A DNA stretch of 64,000 nucleotides from Squalus acanthias (GCA_030390025.1 JASTWF010000114.1:496001-560000), one strand, 5' to 3'. Shown: positions 50,305 through 63,372, counted from the first letter of the stretch. Program-made: numbers and translations. The notes: generated by a model from the letters alone, not told the origin.

Positions 50305-51610
50305 CTTTTTGCATCCCAGTACTGTTCAACACACTGCATGAAGCTCTCGGCTGGCTGCTTGGAGACAGGGTTTATCTACACACCACCTGGCTGATGACAC
50401 CCCTCCGCAACCCCAAAACTCCAGCTCAGCATGAATACAATGACAACCATACCGCCACCAGTAGCCTGATCGGACAGACTATCGGGGTGCTCAAGCATCG
50501 ATTCCGCTGTCTTCGCGGCTCTGGAGGAGCCCTGCAGTAGTCACCTGATCGAGTCTCCCTTTTCATCGTTGTGTTTTGCATGCTTCACTACCGGACCATT
50601 CTGAGGGCCCAGCCAATGTGTTGGAGGTCCACCTCTGGAGGAGGAAGAGGGAGAGGAGGAGGAGGGGACGGAGGAGGAGGATCAAGAGGAGAAGGAGCAG
50701 CGGGAATGCAGGAGGGAAGCACTCAGTTTTGCTTCTGCAAGGGCCGTGCGTGAGCACCTCATTAGACAGCGCTTACAATCAATGATAAAGCACATGGCGT
50801 TTGCGAAGCACACCCACGTCATTATATCCAGCATTCCATACCCCTATCACTGGGCAAAGGTCAAATGAGAAACATCACAAAATGTGCAATGTCAAATTAA
50901 AAATTTATTATGGAACACAACACTTTCTTTTGAAACACAACTATTCATAAATAAGTACAGCCATTTATCAACAAATGCAATTTTTTCTTATCAAACTGAA
51001 GTATTTGTCAACAAAGAAATATTTAATTACAGGCATAACTATTTTTTCACAGACAGAAAAATATATTTACAAACACATCAATTTATTAACACACGCTTCC
51101 CCCATTTGCTACTTACGCATTATTTGCTCCCACTTCTTCAATGATTTCCCTGCCCCTTTGGAGATTGCCCCCTCCCAAACCGACTGCTCCTCCATAATGT
51201 GGCCCCAGAAGCTGCAGCAAGGCTGTTGTAAGGCTGCTGAGTGTGGGAGCCAAAGACCTCAGATGGCATTGCAGAACGCCCTGGAGCAGCTCTGGGCCTG
51301 GAAGGACCGGCTGCAGCCTGCATCAACACAGCAAGGGGGGCCGCAGTCTGGGATGGCTGGTTTACAGGCTGTGACAAGTGCAATGGCAGAGTAGCAGTGG
51401 TGAGAGCAAGAATGCTGTCATCTTAAGAGAGGAAAGCATCTTCCTGCTCGACCGACACACTGCCACTCCCCCGGGGCAGAACCTTAGCATCTGGAGCAAT
51501 CTGATCGAGGACAGATTGCTGGCCTTCTGCGGCACCGTCAGATACACGGTGGACTTGTGCGAAGCAGCGATGATGGCAGCAGTCAACGCTTGAGTGGAAT
51601 CAACCTGAGA
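50305..51610. mobile_element. Old truncated Harbinger (inverted paralog of 487-1805)
   Basis: WLLGDRVY..TTWLMTPLRNP, IGQTIGVLKHRFRCL (+); Myb-gene C-terminal remnant (-). Confidence 0.85.
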
Positions 51611-51627
51611 CTTTAAAAAAAAAATAT

Positions 51628-51765
51628 TTACTTCGGTTTTATGGGGTCTGGGCGTCGCTGGGAAGGCCAGCATTTATTGCCCATTCCTAATTGCCCTTGA
51701 GAAGGTGGTGGTGAGCCGCCTTCTTGAACCGCTGCAGTCCATGTGGTGAAGGTACTCCAACAGTG
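51628..51765 (-). mobile_element. 3' tail of CR1/L2-group LINE (paralog of ~340-480)
   Basis: Same tail and same junction to the Harbinger remnant as the left arm. Confidence 0.8.
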
Positions 51766-52246
51766 CTTGAAGATTGTCCAACGCAGCGAAGACGTTGGGT
51801 TCAACTGTGACAAAGCGGTTGTGATGGAGCAGGAGGTGACCTAACTTTCCAAGATCTAGGAAGTCCAAAGTTGCCAGACGAGAGGTACTGTTGTAGGACA
51901 GGTTGAGGGTCAGCAGGCTGGTGAGATCACTGAACACACCGCAGCAAACACTGTCAATCCGATTTTAATCCAGCCGCAGGGTGAGCAGCTTGGGCAGGCT
52001 GCGGAAGCGGCCCGCTTTCTGTTGGGTGAGCCAGTTGTGGGAGATGTTCAAATCCACGGTGCTGGCTTGGAGGTCGGACACGGCACTGGAGACTTGTGTC
52101 TGGAAGCGGTGGACGCACCGGAAGGTATCATTGTGGCTGGCATCCTGGATGCAGTTAGTGAAACTGTACCCGGGAACCGTGGGGAGCATCACATTGCAGG
52201 AGAGGACGCAGAGAAGCAGCGGCCAGTCAATGCTCAGTCTCAACAT
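51760..52246 (-). pseudogene. Toll-like receptor (TLR21/TLR13-family-like) 5' pseudogene fragment: signal peptide, LRR-NT and ~4 LRRs
   Basis: MLRLSIDWPLLLCVLSC...YSFTNCIQD...FRCVHRF...AVSDL...LNISHN, LTLRLD*NRI, LTLNLSYN, LLLHHN; both listed ORFs are one frame with TAA at 51965-51967; putative acceptor actttacag near 52352; truncated by a LINE tail. Confidence 0.8.
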
Positions 52247-52464
52247 CACAGCCTCCTTTTTCCATCCGAGGGATCAGATGTTTAGCAGGAACTCACGCAA
52301 CAAACATTCGGTGGGCCTGAGATGTATTTTCTCTGTCTCTGCCACAACAGCCTGTAAAGTCAGAGCAGGTTTACATTGTCAGTTTAGTTGAAATTAAACA
52401 AATCTGCTGCCCCAAAGACTCTGCTCTTCACTACGATGAAATGCCATTTCCATGTATAATATAT

Positions 52465-54010
52465 TTTAAAGTAGATAAATCCCCATGCCCGGATGAAATG
52501 TATGTTAAGAAAAGTAACAGAGAAAATAGCAGAGACTCTGACCATCATTTTACAAACCTCTCTGTCTGCAGCTGCGGTGTCAAAGGACTGGAGGACTACG
52601 AACGTCGCACCGTTGATAAAAAGGGGGAAAGGGATAGACCGAATAATTACAAACCAGTCAGCCTAACCTCGGTGGTGCGAAAATTGTTGGAAAATATTCT
52701 GAAGGACAGTATAAATCTTCAATTTAGAAAGACACGGATTAATCGGGAAGAATCAGCATGGATTTGTTAAGGAAAGGTCGTGTCTGACTACATTGAATTA
52801 ATTTATTGAGGAATTAACAAGGAGGGTCGATGAGGGGAGTGCGTTGGATGTTGTCTATACGGGTTTTACCAAGGCTGTTGATAAGGACCCGCATGGCAGA
52901 CTGGCCACGAAAGTTAAAGCCCATGGTATCCAAGTCAAAGTGGCAAGTTGGATCCAAAATTGGCTCAGAGGCAGGATGCAAAGTGTAATGGTCGAAGGCT
53001 GTTTTTGTGACTGGAAGGCTGTTTTCATGGAGTTCCGCAGGGCTCAGTACTGGGGCCTCTGCTTTTTGTGATATATATCAATTATTTGGATTTAAATCTA
53101 GGAAGTATGATTATGACGTTTGCAGATGTTACAAAAAATGGGCTTGTGGTTAATAATGAAGAAGAAAGCTGTAGACTGCAGGAAGATATCAATGGACTGG
53201 TCAGGTGGACAGAAAAGTGGCAAATGGAATTCAATCTGGAGAAGTGTGAGGTAATAATTTGATGAGGGCTAACAAGGCAAGCGAATAAACTATAAATGTT
53301 TGGTACAATGAGAAGTACAGAAGATCAGATGGACCTTAAGTGCATGTCCACAGATACCTGAAGGTAGCAGGACAGGTAGACAAGGTGGTTACGAAGGCAT
53401 ACGGGAAACTTGCCTTTATTAGCCGAGGCATAAAATATAAGAGCAGGGAGGTTATGCTTGAAGTTCATAAAACACTAGTCAGGCCGCAGCTAGAATACTG
53501 CGTGCAGTTCTAGGCACCACATTACAGGAAAGTTATGATTGCACTAGAGGGGGTGCAGAGGAGATTTACGAGGATGTTGCCTGGACTGGGGAAATTTAGC
53601 TGTGAGGAAAGATTGGAAGGCTGTGGTTGTTTTCTTTGTAACAGTGGAGGCTGAGGAGATACCTAATTGAGGTGTTTAAATTCATGAGGGGCCTGGATAG
53701 AGTAGAAGGTTCAATAACCAAGGGGCATAAATTTAAAGTAATTGTTCGGAACTTTAGAGGGGATTTGAGGACAAATATTGTCATCCAGAGGGTTCTGGGA
53801 GTCTGGGACTCACTGCCTGAAAGTGTGGCAGAGGCAGCGACCCTCATCACCTTAAAAAGTACTTGGATAAGCACTTGCAGTGCCATAACCTACAAAGTTA
53901 CGGACCAAGTGCTGGAAAGTGGGATAAGGTTGGAAAGCTCTTTGTCGTCCGGCACGGACAGGATGGGTCGAATGTCCTCCTTCTGTGCTATAAATTTCTG
54001 TGATTCTATA
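52465..54010 (+). mobile_element. CR1 LINE RT-to-3'-end fragment, decayed
   Basis: NYKPVSLTSVV, F.KA.DK.PH, FAD.TK, WQMEFN.EKC, LVRPQLEYC. Confidence 0.88.
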
Positions 54011-54289
54011 ATTATTTGATCTGCGATGTGCGGGGGCTCATTTCCGTCCAGATATTACCAGCTCCCTGAAGAACCCTTACTCCTCTGAATATCTCACCCT
54101 CTCGCATCCCTCGCCCATCCCATCATTAACTGCGGTTCTCCTAAACCATGTCTATTTTCTCGTTAAAATCTCCTTCCTCTTTGTGTGGAATAGGAAAGGC
54201 CCCAGGCCGCGATCACTGTGTCCTCGAATACTGAGCGAAGCCAGATAGGAGATAACAGAGGCTTTGAGGACAATGCTCAAAAAATCCTG

Positions 54290-54810
54290 TGCACAGTTCC
54301 GGTCTCCGAATTACAAAAATGATATAGAAGAACTGTAGAAGCTGCAAAACAGATTTGTACCAGAACTGAGAGGTTAAAACTAAAAGGAAATATTAAACAG
54401 GCTAGGGCTCTTTTCTTTAGAAAAGAGACTGAGAGGCGATCTGATAGAGGTCTTTAAAATTATGAATGGTTTCGATAGGGTAGACATAGAGATGGTATTT
54501 CCACTTGTGGGACCAAATCTGGGGGCCATAAATATGAGATATACACTAATTAATCCAGTAGTGAGTTCAGGAGAAAGGTCTTTACCCAGAGAGTGGTGAG
54601 AATGTGGAAGATGCTACCACAAGGAGTGATTGAGGTGAATAGCGTTTGAGGGGAAGCTAGGTAAGTACATGAGGGAGAAAGGAATAGAAGGATATGTTGA
54701 TAGTGTGAGATGAGGTAGGGTGGGAGGAGGCTCGTGTGGAGCATAAACGCCGGCATGGACCAGTTGGGCCGAATGGCCTGTGTCTGTGCTGTAAAATTCT
54801 ATGTAAGCCA
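54290..54810 (+). mobile_element. CR1 3' fragment
   Basis: tttacccagagagtggtgagaatgtgg and tail gttgggccgaatggcctgtgtctgtgctgtaa. Confidence 0.75.
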
Positions 54811-54939
54811 TGGATATGGAAGTTGTGCCACATGCCTGCAGTTGCCAATATAACAACTCTGTTCAATCAGAGTGAAAGGTATAAATCAGATAACTACAGA
54901 CCAGTCAGCCTAACATTGGTAGTGGGTGAGCTCCTTGAG

Positions 54940-55400
54940 AAAGAAAAAAGAAAGTCTTGCATTTGTTTAGCGCCTTTCACGTCCACTAGACGTTTCAAAA
55001 CGCTTTACCGCCAATGAAGTACCTTTGAAGTGTAGTCACTGTTGTAATGCAGTAAATGCGGCAGCCGATTTGTGCACAGCAAGATTCCACAAACAGCAAT
55101 GTGATAATAATCAAAAAATCTGTTTTAGTGATGTTGATTGAGGTATAAATATTGGCCCCGGACCCAGGGGAGAACTCTCCTGCTCTTCTTCAAAATAATG
55201 CCACAGGATATTTTACGCCCACCTGAGAGGACAGACGCGGACTCGGTTTAACATCTCATCCGACTGACGGCGCCTCCAACAGGGCAGCACACTCAGTACT
55301 GCATTGGAGTGCCAGCCTGAACTTTAGTGCTCAATTCACTGGAGTGGGACGAGCGAGGGTGACTCAGGGCAAGGGCGCTTCCCACTGAGCCACGGCTGAC
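54940..55400 (-). mobile_element. Full-length tRNA-derived SINE (DeuSINE-like), single copy of the 33-bp unit
   Basis: Colinear with 33455-34245. Confidence 0.75.
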
Positions 55401-56009
55401 CTTATATGGGAGAAAATTAATACTCAACTGGGAACCGTTCCGGAAACTAAGACGGTACGGGTTTGTAAAAGGGAATTTGATCTGAAAAATATAATAGCGA
55501 TCTTTGACAAAATACCAGTGTATTGAAAAAGGAAATGCAGTGGATCTTGTGTTGATGGAGTTTCATAAAAGTTTTCTTGATGAGATACCAACGGAGGCGT
55601 GGTGATGAAATGAAGGCACACGGTATTAACAGTTGTGAGGCCAGGGATAGGAAGCTGGTTAAAGGACAGAAGCAGGGTGCGGTGGTTATTGGGTGTTTTT
55701 TTTGACTGGACAATGTAAAGAGTGGGCTCCCCCCTGCATCACTGCTGCGACCGTTGCCCTTCTTGCTATTTCAACAATCTGGACTTGGGTATAGGAGGCA
55801 GACGTATCGACATTTGCTAACACGAAAAGGAGGGAGCCTGGGTAGCTGTGAAGGAAACCGTCAGTGAAAATTTAGAGAAGAATATGGATAGGAAATGTAC
55901 ACCAAATCGTTTGTTAAAAGCTGTCGAGGAGTCCACAACAATAGACATTTACAGAGCAGAGGAGACCATTTGGCCCAATGTGTTAATTCTGGGTCTTTGC
56001 CACAGCAAT

Positions 56010-56800
56010 ACTAAACTAAACCCACTGACCCGGTCTCTCCCCATAGCCCTGTATCAATCCCAAACTAATTCCACTGCCCCGCTCTCACCCCATAGCCCTG
56101 TATCAATCCCAAACTAATCACACTGCCCCGCTGTCACCCCATAGCCCTGTATCAATCACAAAATAATCTCACTGCCCCACTCTTTCCCCATAGCCCTCTA
56201 TAAATCACAAATTAATCCCACTGCCCCGCTCTCTCCCCTTAGCCCTGTATCAATCCCAAATTAATCCCACTGCCCCACTCTCACCCCATAGCCCTGTATC
56301 AATCCCAAACTAATCACACTGCCCCGCTCTCACCCCATAGCCCTGTATCAATCACAAACTAATCACACTGCCCCACTCTCACCCAATAGACCTGTATCAA
56401 TCACAAAGTAATCCCACTGCCCCGCTCTCTCTCCATAGCCCTGTATCAATCCCAAACTAATCACACTTCACCGCTCTCACCCCATAGCCCTGTATCAATC
56501 CCAAACTAATCCCACTGCCCCACTCTTTCCCCATAGCCCTGTATCAATCCCAAACTAATCCCACTGCCCCGCTCTCACCCCACAGCCATGTATCAATCAC
56601 AAATTAACCCCACTGCCCGGCTATGACCCCATAGCCCTGTATCAATCCCAAAATGAATCCCACTGCCCCACTCTCTCTCCATAACCTGTATCAATCCCAA
56701 ACTAATCCCACTGCTCCACTCTCTCCCCAAAGTCCTGTGCCTGCTCTATGAAAGAGTTCTGCAATTAATTCCACTCACCTGCCCTTTCCCCATAGCCCTG
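56010..56800 (+). repeat. 49-bp minisatellite, ~15 copies, within the 3' UTR of a minus-strand CR1
   Basis: Unit catagccctgtatcaatcccaaactaatcccactgccccgctctcaccc. Confidence 0.93.
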
Positions 56801-57192
56801 TATTTTTATTCCTTCAAGTATTTATTCAACTCCCTTTTGAAAGTTACAATTGAATCTACTTCCACCGCACTTTCAGGCTGCGCATTCCAGATCACAGCAA
56901 CTTGCTGCTTAAAAAAATGGTTCCTCATGTCACCTCTGGTTCTTTTGCCAATCGCCATCAGTCTGTGTCCTCTGGTTACCGACAGTTCTGCCAGTGGAAA
57001 CACTTTCTTCTTATTTACTCTATCAAAAATGTTCATGATTTTGAACAGCTCTATCATATCTCCTCTTAACCTTCTCTGCTCTAAGGAGAACAATCCCAGC
57101 TTACCCCGTCTCTCCACATAACTGATGTCCCTCATCCCTGGTACCAGTCTGGTAAATCTCCCCTGCACCCACTCTAAGACCTTGACATCCTG
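56800..57192 (-). mobile_element. CR1 ORF2 C-terminal fragment
   Basis: LEWVQGRFTRLVPG, LGLFSLEQRRLRGD, TRGH. Confidence 0.88.
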
Positions 57193-57409
57193 TGTTGACT
57201 TTAAAAACAAAGCACAGATTTGACACTTTCATGTGAAAGATTATTGATCATTTAGGGATCGTAAATCTCACCTGCTCGCTGCTGGGGTTTGGCGATGTCG
57301 AGCTGATCTTATTCAATTGTGGAGCATTCTCGAGGAGCCGTATGGCCTGGTCCTCCTCTTATTTCTTATGTTCTTATGTTCTTTTAACCACTCTGCGACT
57401 ATGATTGGC

Positions 57410-60400
57410 CTCCACCTGTGTAAAAGGCTCAACAGGCTGAATAGCCTCCTCCTGTTCCTGTATAACAGGCCGAGGGGCTGAATGGCCTCCTCCTGTTCCT
57501 GTGTAACAGACTCGAGGGGCTGAATGGCCTCCTCCTGTTCCTGTATAATAGGCTCGAGGGGCTGAATGGAATCCTCCTGTTCCTGTGTAACAGGCTGGAG
57601 GGGCTGAATGGCCTCCTCCTGTTCGTGTATAATAGACTCGAGGGGATTAATGGACTCCTCCTGTTCCTGTGTAACAGGCTTAACAGGCTGAATAGCCTCC
57701 TCCTGATCCCATATAACAGGCTCGAGGGGCTGAATGGCCGCCTCCTGTTCCTGTGTAAAAGGTTTGAGCGGCTGAATGGCTTCCTCCTTTTCCTTTATAA
57801 CAGGCTCGAGGGGTTGATTGGCCTCCTCCTGTTCCTGCATAATAGTCTCAAGGGGCTGAATGGTCTCCTCCTATTCCTGAGTAAGAGGCTCGAGGAGCTG
57901 AATGGCCTCATCCTGTTCATGAATAACAGGCTTCAGGGGCTGAATGGCCTCCTCCTGTTCCCGTATAACAGACTCGAAGGGCTGAATGGCTTCATCCTGC
58001 TCCTGTATAACAGACACGAGGGGCTGAATGGCCTCCTCCTGTTCCTGTGTAACAGGCTCGAGGGGCTGAATGGCTTCCTCCTTTTCCTGTATAACAGGCC
58101 GAGGGGCTGAATGGCCTCCTCCTGTTCCTGTGTAACAGACTCGAGGGGCTGAATGGCCTCCTCCTGTTCCTGTATAATAGGCTCGAGGGGCTGAATGGCC
58201 TCCTCCTGTTCGTGTATAATAGACTCGAGGGGATTAATGGACTCCTCCTGTTCCTGTGTAACAGGCTTCAGGGGCTGAATGGCCTCCTCCTGTTCCCGTA
58301 TAACAGACTCGAAGGGCTGAATGGCTTCATCCTGCTCCTGTATAACAGACACGAGGGGCTGAATGGCCTCCTCCTGTTCCTGTGTAACAGGCTCGAGGGG
58401 CTGAATGGCTTCCTCCTTTTCCTGTATAACAGGCGTGAGGCGCTGAATGGCCTCCTCCTGTTCCTGTGTAACAGGCTTGAGGGGATAAATGGCTTCTTCC
58501 TTTTCCTGTATAACAGGCTCGACAGGCGGAATAGCCTCCTCCTGTTTCCGTATAACAGGCTGGAGGGGCTGAATGGCCTCCTCCTGTTCCAGTGATACAG
58601 ACTCGAGGGGCTGATTGGCCCCCTCCAATTCCTGTATAACAAACTCGAAGGGCTGAATGGCCTCTTCATGTTTATGTGTAACAGATTCGAGGAGCTGAAT
58701 GGCCTCCTCCTGTTCATGTATAAAACGCTTGATGGGCTGAATAGCCTCCTCCTATTCCTGTGTAACAGAATCGAGGAGCTGAATGGCCTCCTCCTGTTCC
58801 TGTGTAACTGGCTAGGGGGGCTGAATTGCCATCTCCTGTTCCTGTATAATAGGCTCGATGGGCTGTATGGGCCCCTTCTGTTCCGGGGTCGCAGGCTTGA
58901 GGAATTGAATGGCCTCCTGCTGTTCCTGTATCATAGGCTCGATGGGCTGAATGGCTTCCTCCTTTTCCTGCCGAACAGGCTTAACAGTCTGAAAAGCCTC
59001 CTCCTGTTCCCGTATAACAGGCTCGAGGGGTTGAATGGCCTCCTCCTGTTCCAGTGTTACAGACTCAAGTGGCTGATTAGCCTCATCCAGTTGCTGTATA
59101 ACAGGCTCAAGGGCTGAATAGCCTCTTTCTGTTTTTGTGTAACAGACTTCAGGAGCTGATTGAACTCCTCCTGTTCCTGTATAACAGACCCGAGGGGCTC
59201 AATGGCCTCCTCCTGTTCCTGTGTAATCGGCTCGAGGGCATGAATGGCCTCCTCCTATTCCTGTGTCTCAGACTCGAGGGGCTGAATGGTCTCCTTCTCT
59301 TCCTGTGTAACAGGTTGAGGGGCAGAATGGCTTCCTCGATTTCCTGTATAACTTGCACGACAGAATGAATAGCCTCCTCCCGTTCCCGTATAACAGGCTC
59401 GAGGGGCTGAATGGCCTTCTCCTGTTGCTGTATAAACGGCTCGAGGGGCTGAATGGCCTCCTCCTGTTCTATTGTTAAAGTCTCGAGTGGCTGATTGGCC
59501 TCCTCCATTTCCTGTATAGCACACTTGATGGGCTGAATGGCATACTCCTGTTCCTGTGTAACAGGCTCAAGGGGCTGAATGGCCTTCTCCTGTTCATGTA
59601 TAACAGGCTTGAGGGACTGAATAGCCACTTTCTGTTCATGTATGACATGCTTGAGAGGCTAAATGGGCACCTCCTTTTCCTGTATAACAGGCTCGAGGGG
59701 CTGATTGGCCTCCTCCTGTTCCTGTACAACAGACTCGAGGGGCTGAATGGCCTTCCTCCTGTTCATGAATAACAGGATTAAGGGGCTGAATGGCCTCCTT
59801 CTGTTCCTGTGTAACAGGCTTGAGCCGCTATATGACCTCCTCCTGTTCCTGTATAACAGACTCGAGGTGCTGAATAGTCTCCTCCTTTTCCTGTATCACA
59901 GGCTTTAGTGGCTGAATGGCCTCCTCCTTTTCCTGTGTAACAGGCTTGATGGGCTGAATGGCCTCCGCCATTTCCTGTATAACAGACTCGAGTGGCTGAA
60001 TGGCCATCTCCTGTTCCTGTGTAACAGGCTCGAGTGGCTGAATGGCCATCTCCTGTTCTTGTGTAACAGGCTCGAGTGGCTGAATGGCCTCCTCCTGTTC
60101 CTGTGTAACAGGGTCGAGTGGCTCAATGGCTATCTCCTGTTCCTGTGTAACAGGCTTGAGGGGCTTAATGGCCTCCTCCTGGTCCTGTGTAACAGGCTTG
60201 AGGGGCTGAATGGCCTCCTCCATTTCCTGTATAACAGACTCGAGTGGCTGAATGGCCATCTCCTGTTCCTGTGTAACAGGCTTTAAGGGCTGAATGGCCT
60301 CCTCCTGTTCCTGTGTAACAGGCTTGATGAGATAAATTGCCTCCTGCTGTACCTGTATAACAGACTCGTGTGTCTAAATTGACTCCCCCTGTTCCTGTAT

Positions 60401-61235
60401 AACAGACTCGTGGGTCTGAATTGCCTCCTTCTGTTCCTGTGTAGCAGGCTTGAGGGGCTGAATGGCCTACTCCTGTTCCTGCATAACAGACTCCTGGGTC
60501 TGAATTGCCTCCTCCTGTTCCTTTATAACCGATTCCTGGGTCTCAATTGCCTCCTCCTGTTCCTGTATTACAGACTCGTGGGTCTGAATTTCCTCCTCCT
60601 GTTCCTGTATAACAGACTCGTGAGTCTGAATTGCCTTCTCCTGTTCCTGTATAACTGGATCGTGAGTCTGAATTGCCTGCTCTTCATCCAATGTAACAGG
60701 TTCGAGGGGCTGAATGGAGTTCTACTGTTCTTGCACAGATCTTGTATCGCTGAACGGCTTCCTCCTGTCCAATGCAACAAGCTCGAGGCGTTAAAGGCCT
60801 CCTCTTCTCCCTGTGTAACAGGCTCGAGGGGCTGAATGGTCTCCTCCTGTTCCTGTATAACAGGCTAAAGGGGCTGAATGGCCTCCTCCTGCTCCTGGGA
60901 GAAAGAGTCATGGGACTGAATGGCATTCTCCTGTTCCTAAGTAAAAGGGTCATGGGACTGATTGGTCTCCTCCTGTGCCTTTGTAAAAGAGTCATGGGAC
61001 TGAATGGCCTCCTCCTATTCCTATGTAAAAGGGCCATGGGACTGAATGACCTCCTCCTGTTCCTTTGTAGAAGGATCATGGGACTGAATGACCTCCTCCT
61101 GTTCCTGTGTAGAAGGATCATGGGACTGAATGGCCTCCTCCTGTTCCTTTGTAAAAGGGCCATGGGACTGAATGACCTCATCCTGTTCCTGTATAAAAGC
61201 GTCATGTGACTGAATGGTCTTGTTCCTATGTAAAA
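57410..61235 (+). repeat. 42-bp minisatellite array, ~90 copies, resembling the CR1 3'-terminal motif
   Basis: Unit ggctcgaggggctgaatggcctcctcctgttcctgtgtaaca; variant blocks at ~60330-60680 and ~60900-61235. Confidence 0.95.
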
Positions 61236-61789
61236 GTGCCTTGATCTAGTCATGCAACTAGACGTCCAATGTGCTATTCATTGCGCCATAGAACCAATTA
61301 CATGTATTACAGAAGCAAAATAGTGTTGATGCTGGAAATCTGAAATATAAACAGATAAAATGCTGGAAACACTGCAGGTCAGGCAGCTTTCTATGTCTGT
61401 TTAAAAGGGATCTAATATTATAGACTCTGCATCACAGAAACAGTCAAATTGTCCGAACTGGTCTGCACATGAGGCTCCTCCCTCTCTCTGCTTCCCCTCA
61501 ACAAAAAAAAAGCTGGTATCAGTAATGGTAACCATGAAACTATCGGATTGTCGTAAAAACCCATCTGGTTCACTAATCTCCTTTCGGGAAGGAAATCTGC
61601 CGGCCTTACCTGGTCTGGTCTATGTGTGACTCCAGACCCATAGCAATGTGATTAACTCTTAACTTCCCTCTGAAATGTCCGAGCAAGATACTCAGTTGTA
61701 ACAAACCGCTACGAAACAAAATAATAAAAATGAAACGGGATGAAACACTCAGTCTGATCCATATCAGCCTCCTCCTGAGATCCCCACCA

Positions 61790-63372
61790 TCACAGAAGCC
61801 AGTCTTCAGCCAGTTCGATTCACTCCACGTGATATGAAGAAATGGCTGAGCGCACTGGACACAGCAAAGGCTGTGGGCTCTGACAACATGCCGGCTATCA
61901 TGCTGAAGACATGTGTTCCAGAACTAGCTGCTCCTCCAGCCAAGCTGTTCTCCCCAGCGATGTGGAAGACGGCCCAGGTATGTCCTGTCCACAAAAAGCA
62001 GGACAAGTACAATCCTCCAATTACCGTCCCATCAGTCTACTTTCAATCATCAGCAAAGTGATGGAGGTGTCATCGACAGTGCTGTAAAGCGACATTTACT
62101 CACCTGATCAATGATGCCCAGTTTGGATTCTGCCAAGACCACTCGGATCCCGACTTCATTAGAGCCTTGGTTCAAACAGGGACAAAGGAGCTGAATTTCA
62201 GAGGAGAAGAAAGAGTGACTGCCCTTGACATCAAGGCAGCATTGACTGAGTGTGGCATCAAGGAGCCCCAGTGAAACTGATGTCAATGGGAATCGGGGGG
62301 AAAAATCTCCACTGGTTGGAGTCATACCTAGCACAAAGGAAGATGGTTGTGGTGATTGGAGGTCAATCATCACAGCCCCAGGACAATGCTGCAGGAGTTC
62401 CTCAGGGCAGTGCTCCAGGCCCAACCATCTGCAGCTGCTTCATCAATGACCTTCTCTCCATCATAACATCAGAAATGGGGATGTTCGCTGACGACTGCAC
62501 AGTGTTCAGTGCCATTCACAACTCCTCAGATAATGAAGCAATCCATGCCAGCATACAACAAGAACTGGACGACGTTCAGGCTTGGGCTGATAAGTGGCAG
62601 GTAACATTCGCGCCACACAAGTTCCAGGCAAAGACTATCTCCAACAAGCGAGAGTCTAACCACCGCCCCTTGACATTGAATGGCATTACCATCGCCGAAT
62701 CCCCCACCATCAACATCCTGGGGTTTATCATTGACCAGAAACTTAACTGGAACAGTCGCATAAATACTGTGACACAAAGAGAAGGTCAGAGGCTAGGTAT
62801 TCTGCGTCGAATGTCTCACCCCATGACTCCCCAAAGCCTTTCTGCCATCTACAAGGCACAAGTAAGGAGTGTGATGGAATACACTTCACTTGCCTGGATG
62901 AGTGCAGCTCCAACAACACTCACGAAGCTCGACACTATCCAGGACAAAGCAGCCCGCTGGATTGGCAACCAATATATCACTTTAAACATTCACTCCCCCC
63001 ACCACCGGTGTACCTTGGGTGCAGTTTGTACCAGCTACAAGATGCACTGCAGCAACTCACCAAGGCTTCTTCGGCAGCAACTCCCAAAACCGGGACCTCT
63101 TCCTGGTCAGCAAGCGCATGGGAACACCCCCACCTCCAAGTTCCCCTCCAAGTCACACACCATCCTAACTTAGATGTATATCGCCGATCCTTCATCGTCG
63201 CTGGGGCAAAATCTTGGAACTCCCACCCTAACAGCACTGTGGGAGTACCTTCACCACACGGACTGCAGCGGTTCAAGAAGGCGGCTCACCAACACCTTCT
63301 CAAGGGCAATTAGGGATGGGCAATAAATGCTGGACTTGCCAGCATCGCCCACATCCCATAAACGAATTAAAA
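61790..63372 (+). mobile_element. CR1/L2-group LINE, RT to 3' tail, decayed
   Basis: KAVGSDNMP, GVPQGS..GP, FINDL, MFADD, WADKWQVTF, YKAQVRSVMEY; AATAAA-containing tail. Confidence 0.88.

Noticed and set aside
57313-61253. Long Glu/Gln-rich and Leu-rich ORFs (involucrin-like or LRR-like)
   Set aside because: By-products of the 42-bp array; frames break at indels, with no unique coding flanks or splice structure.
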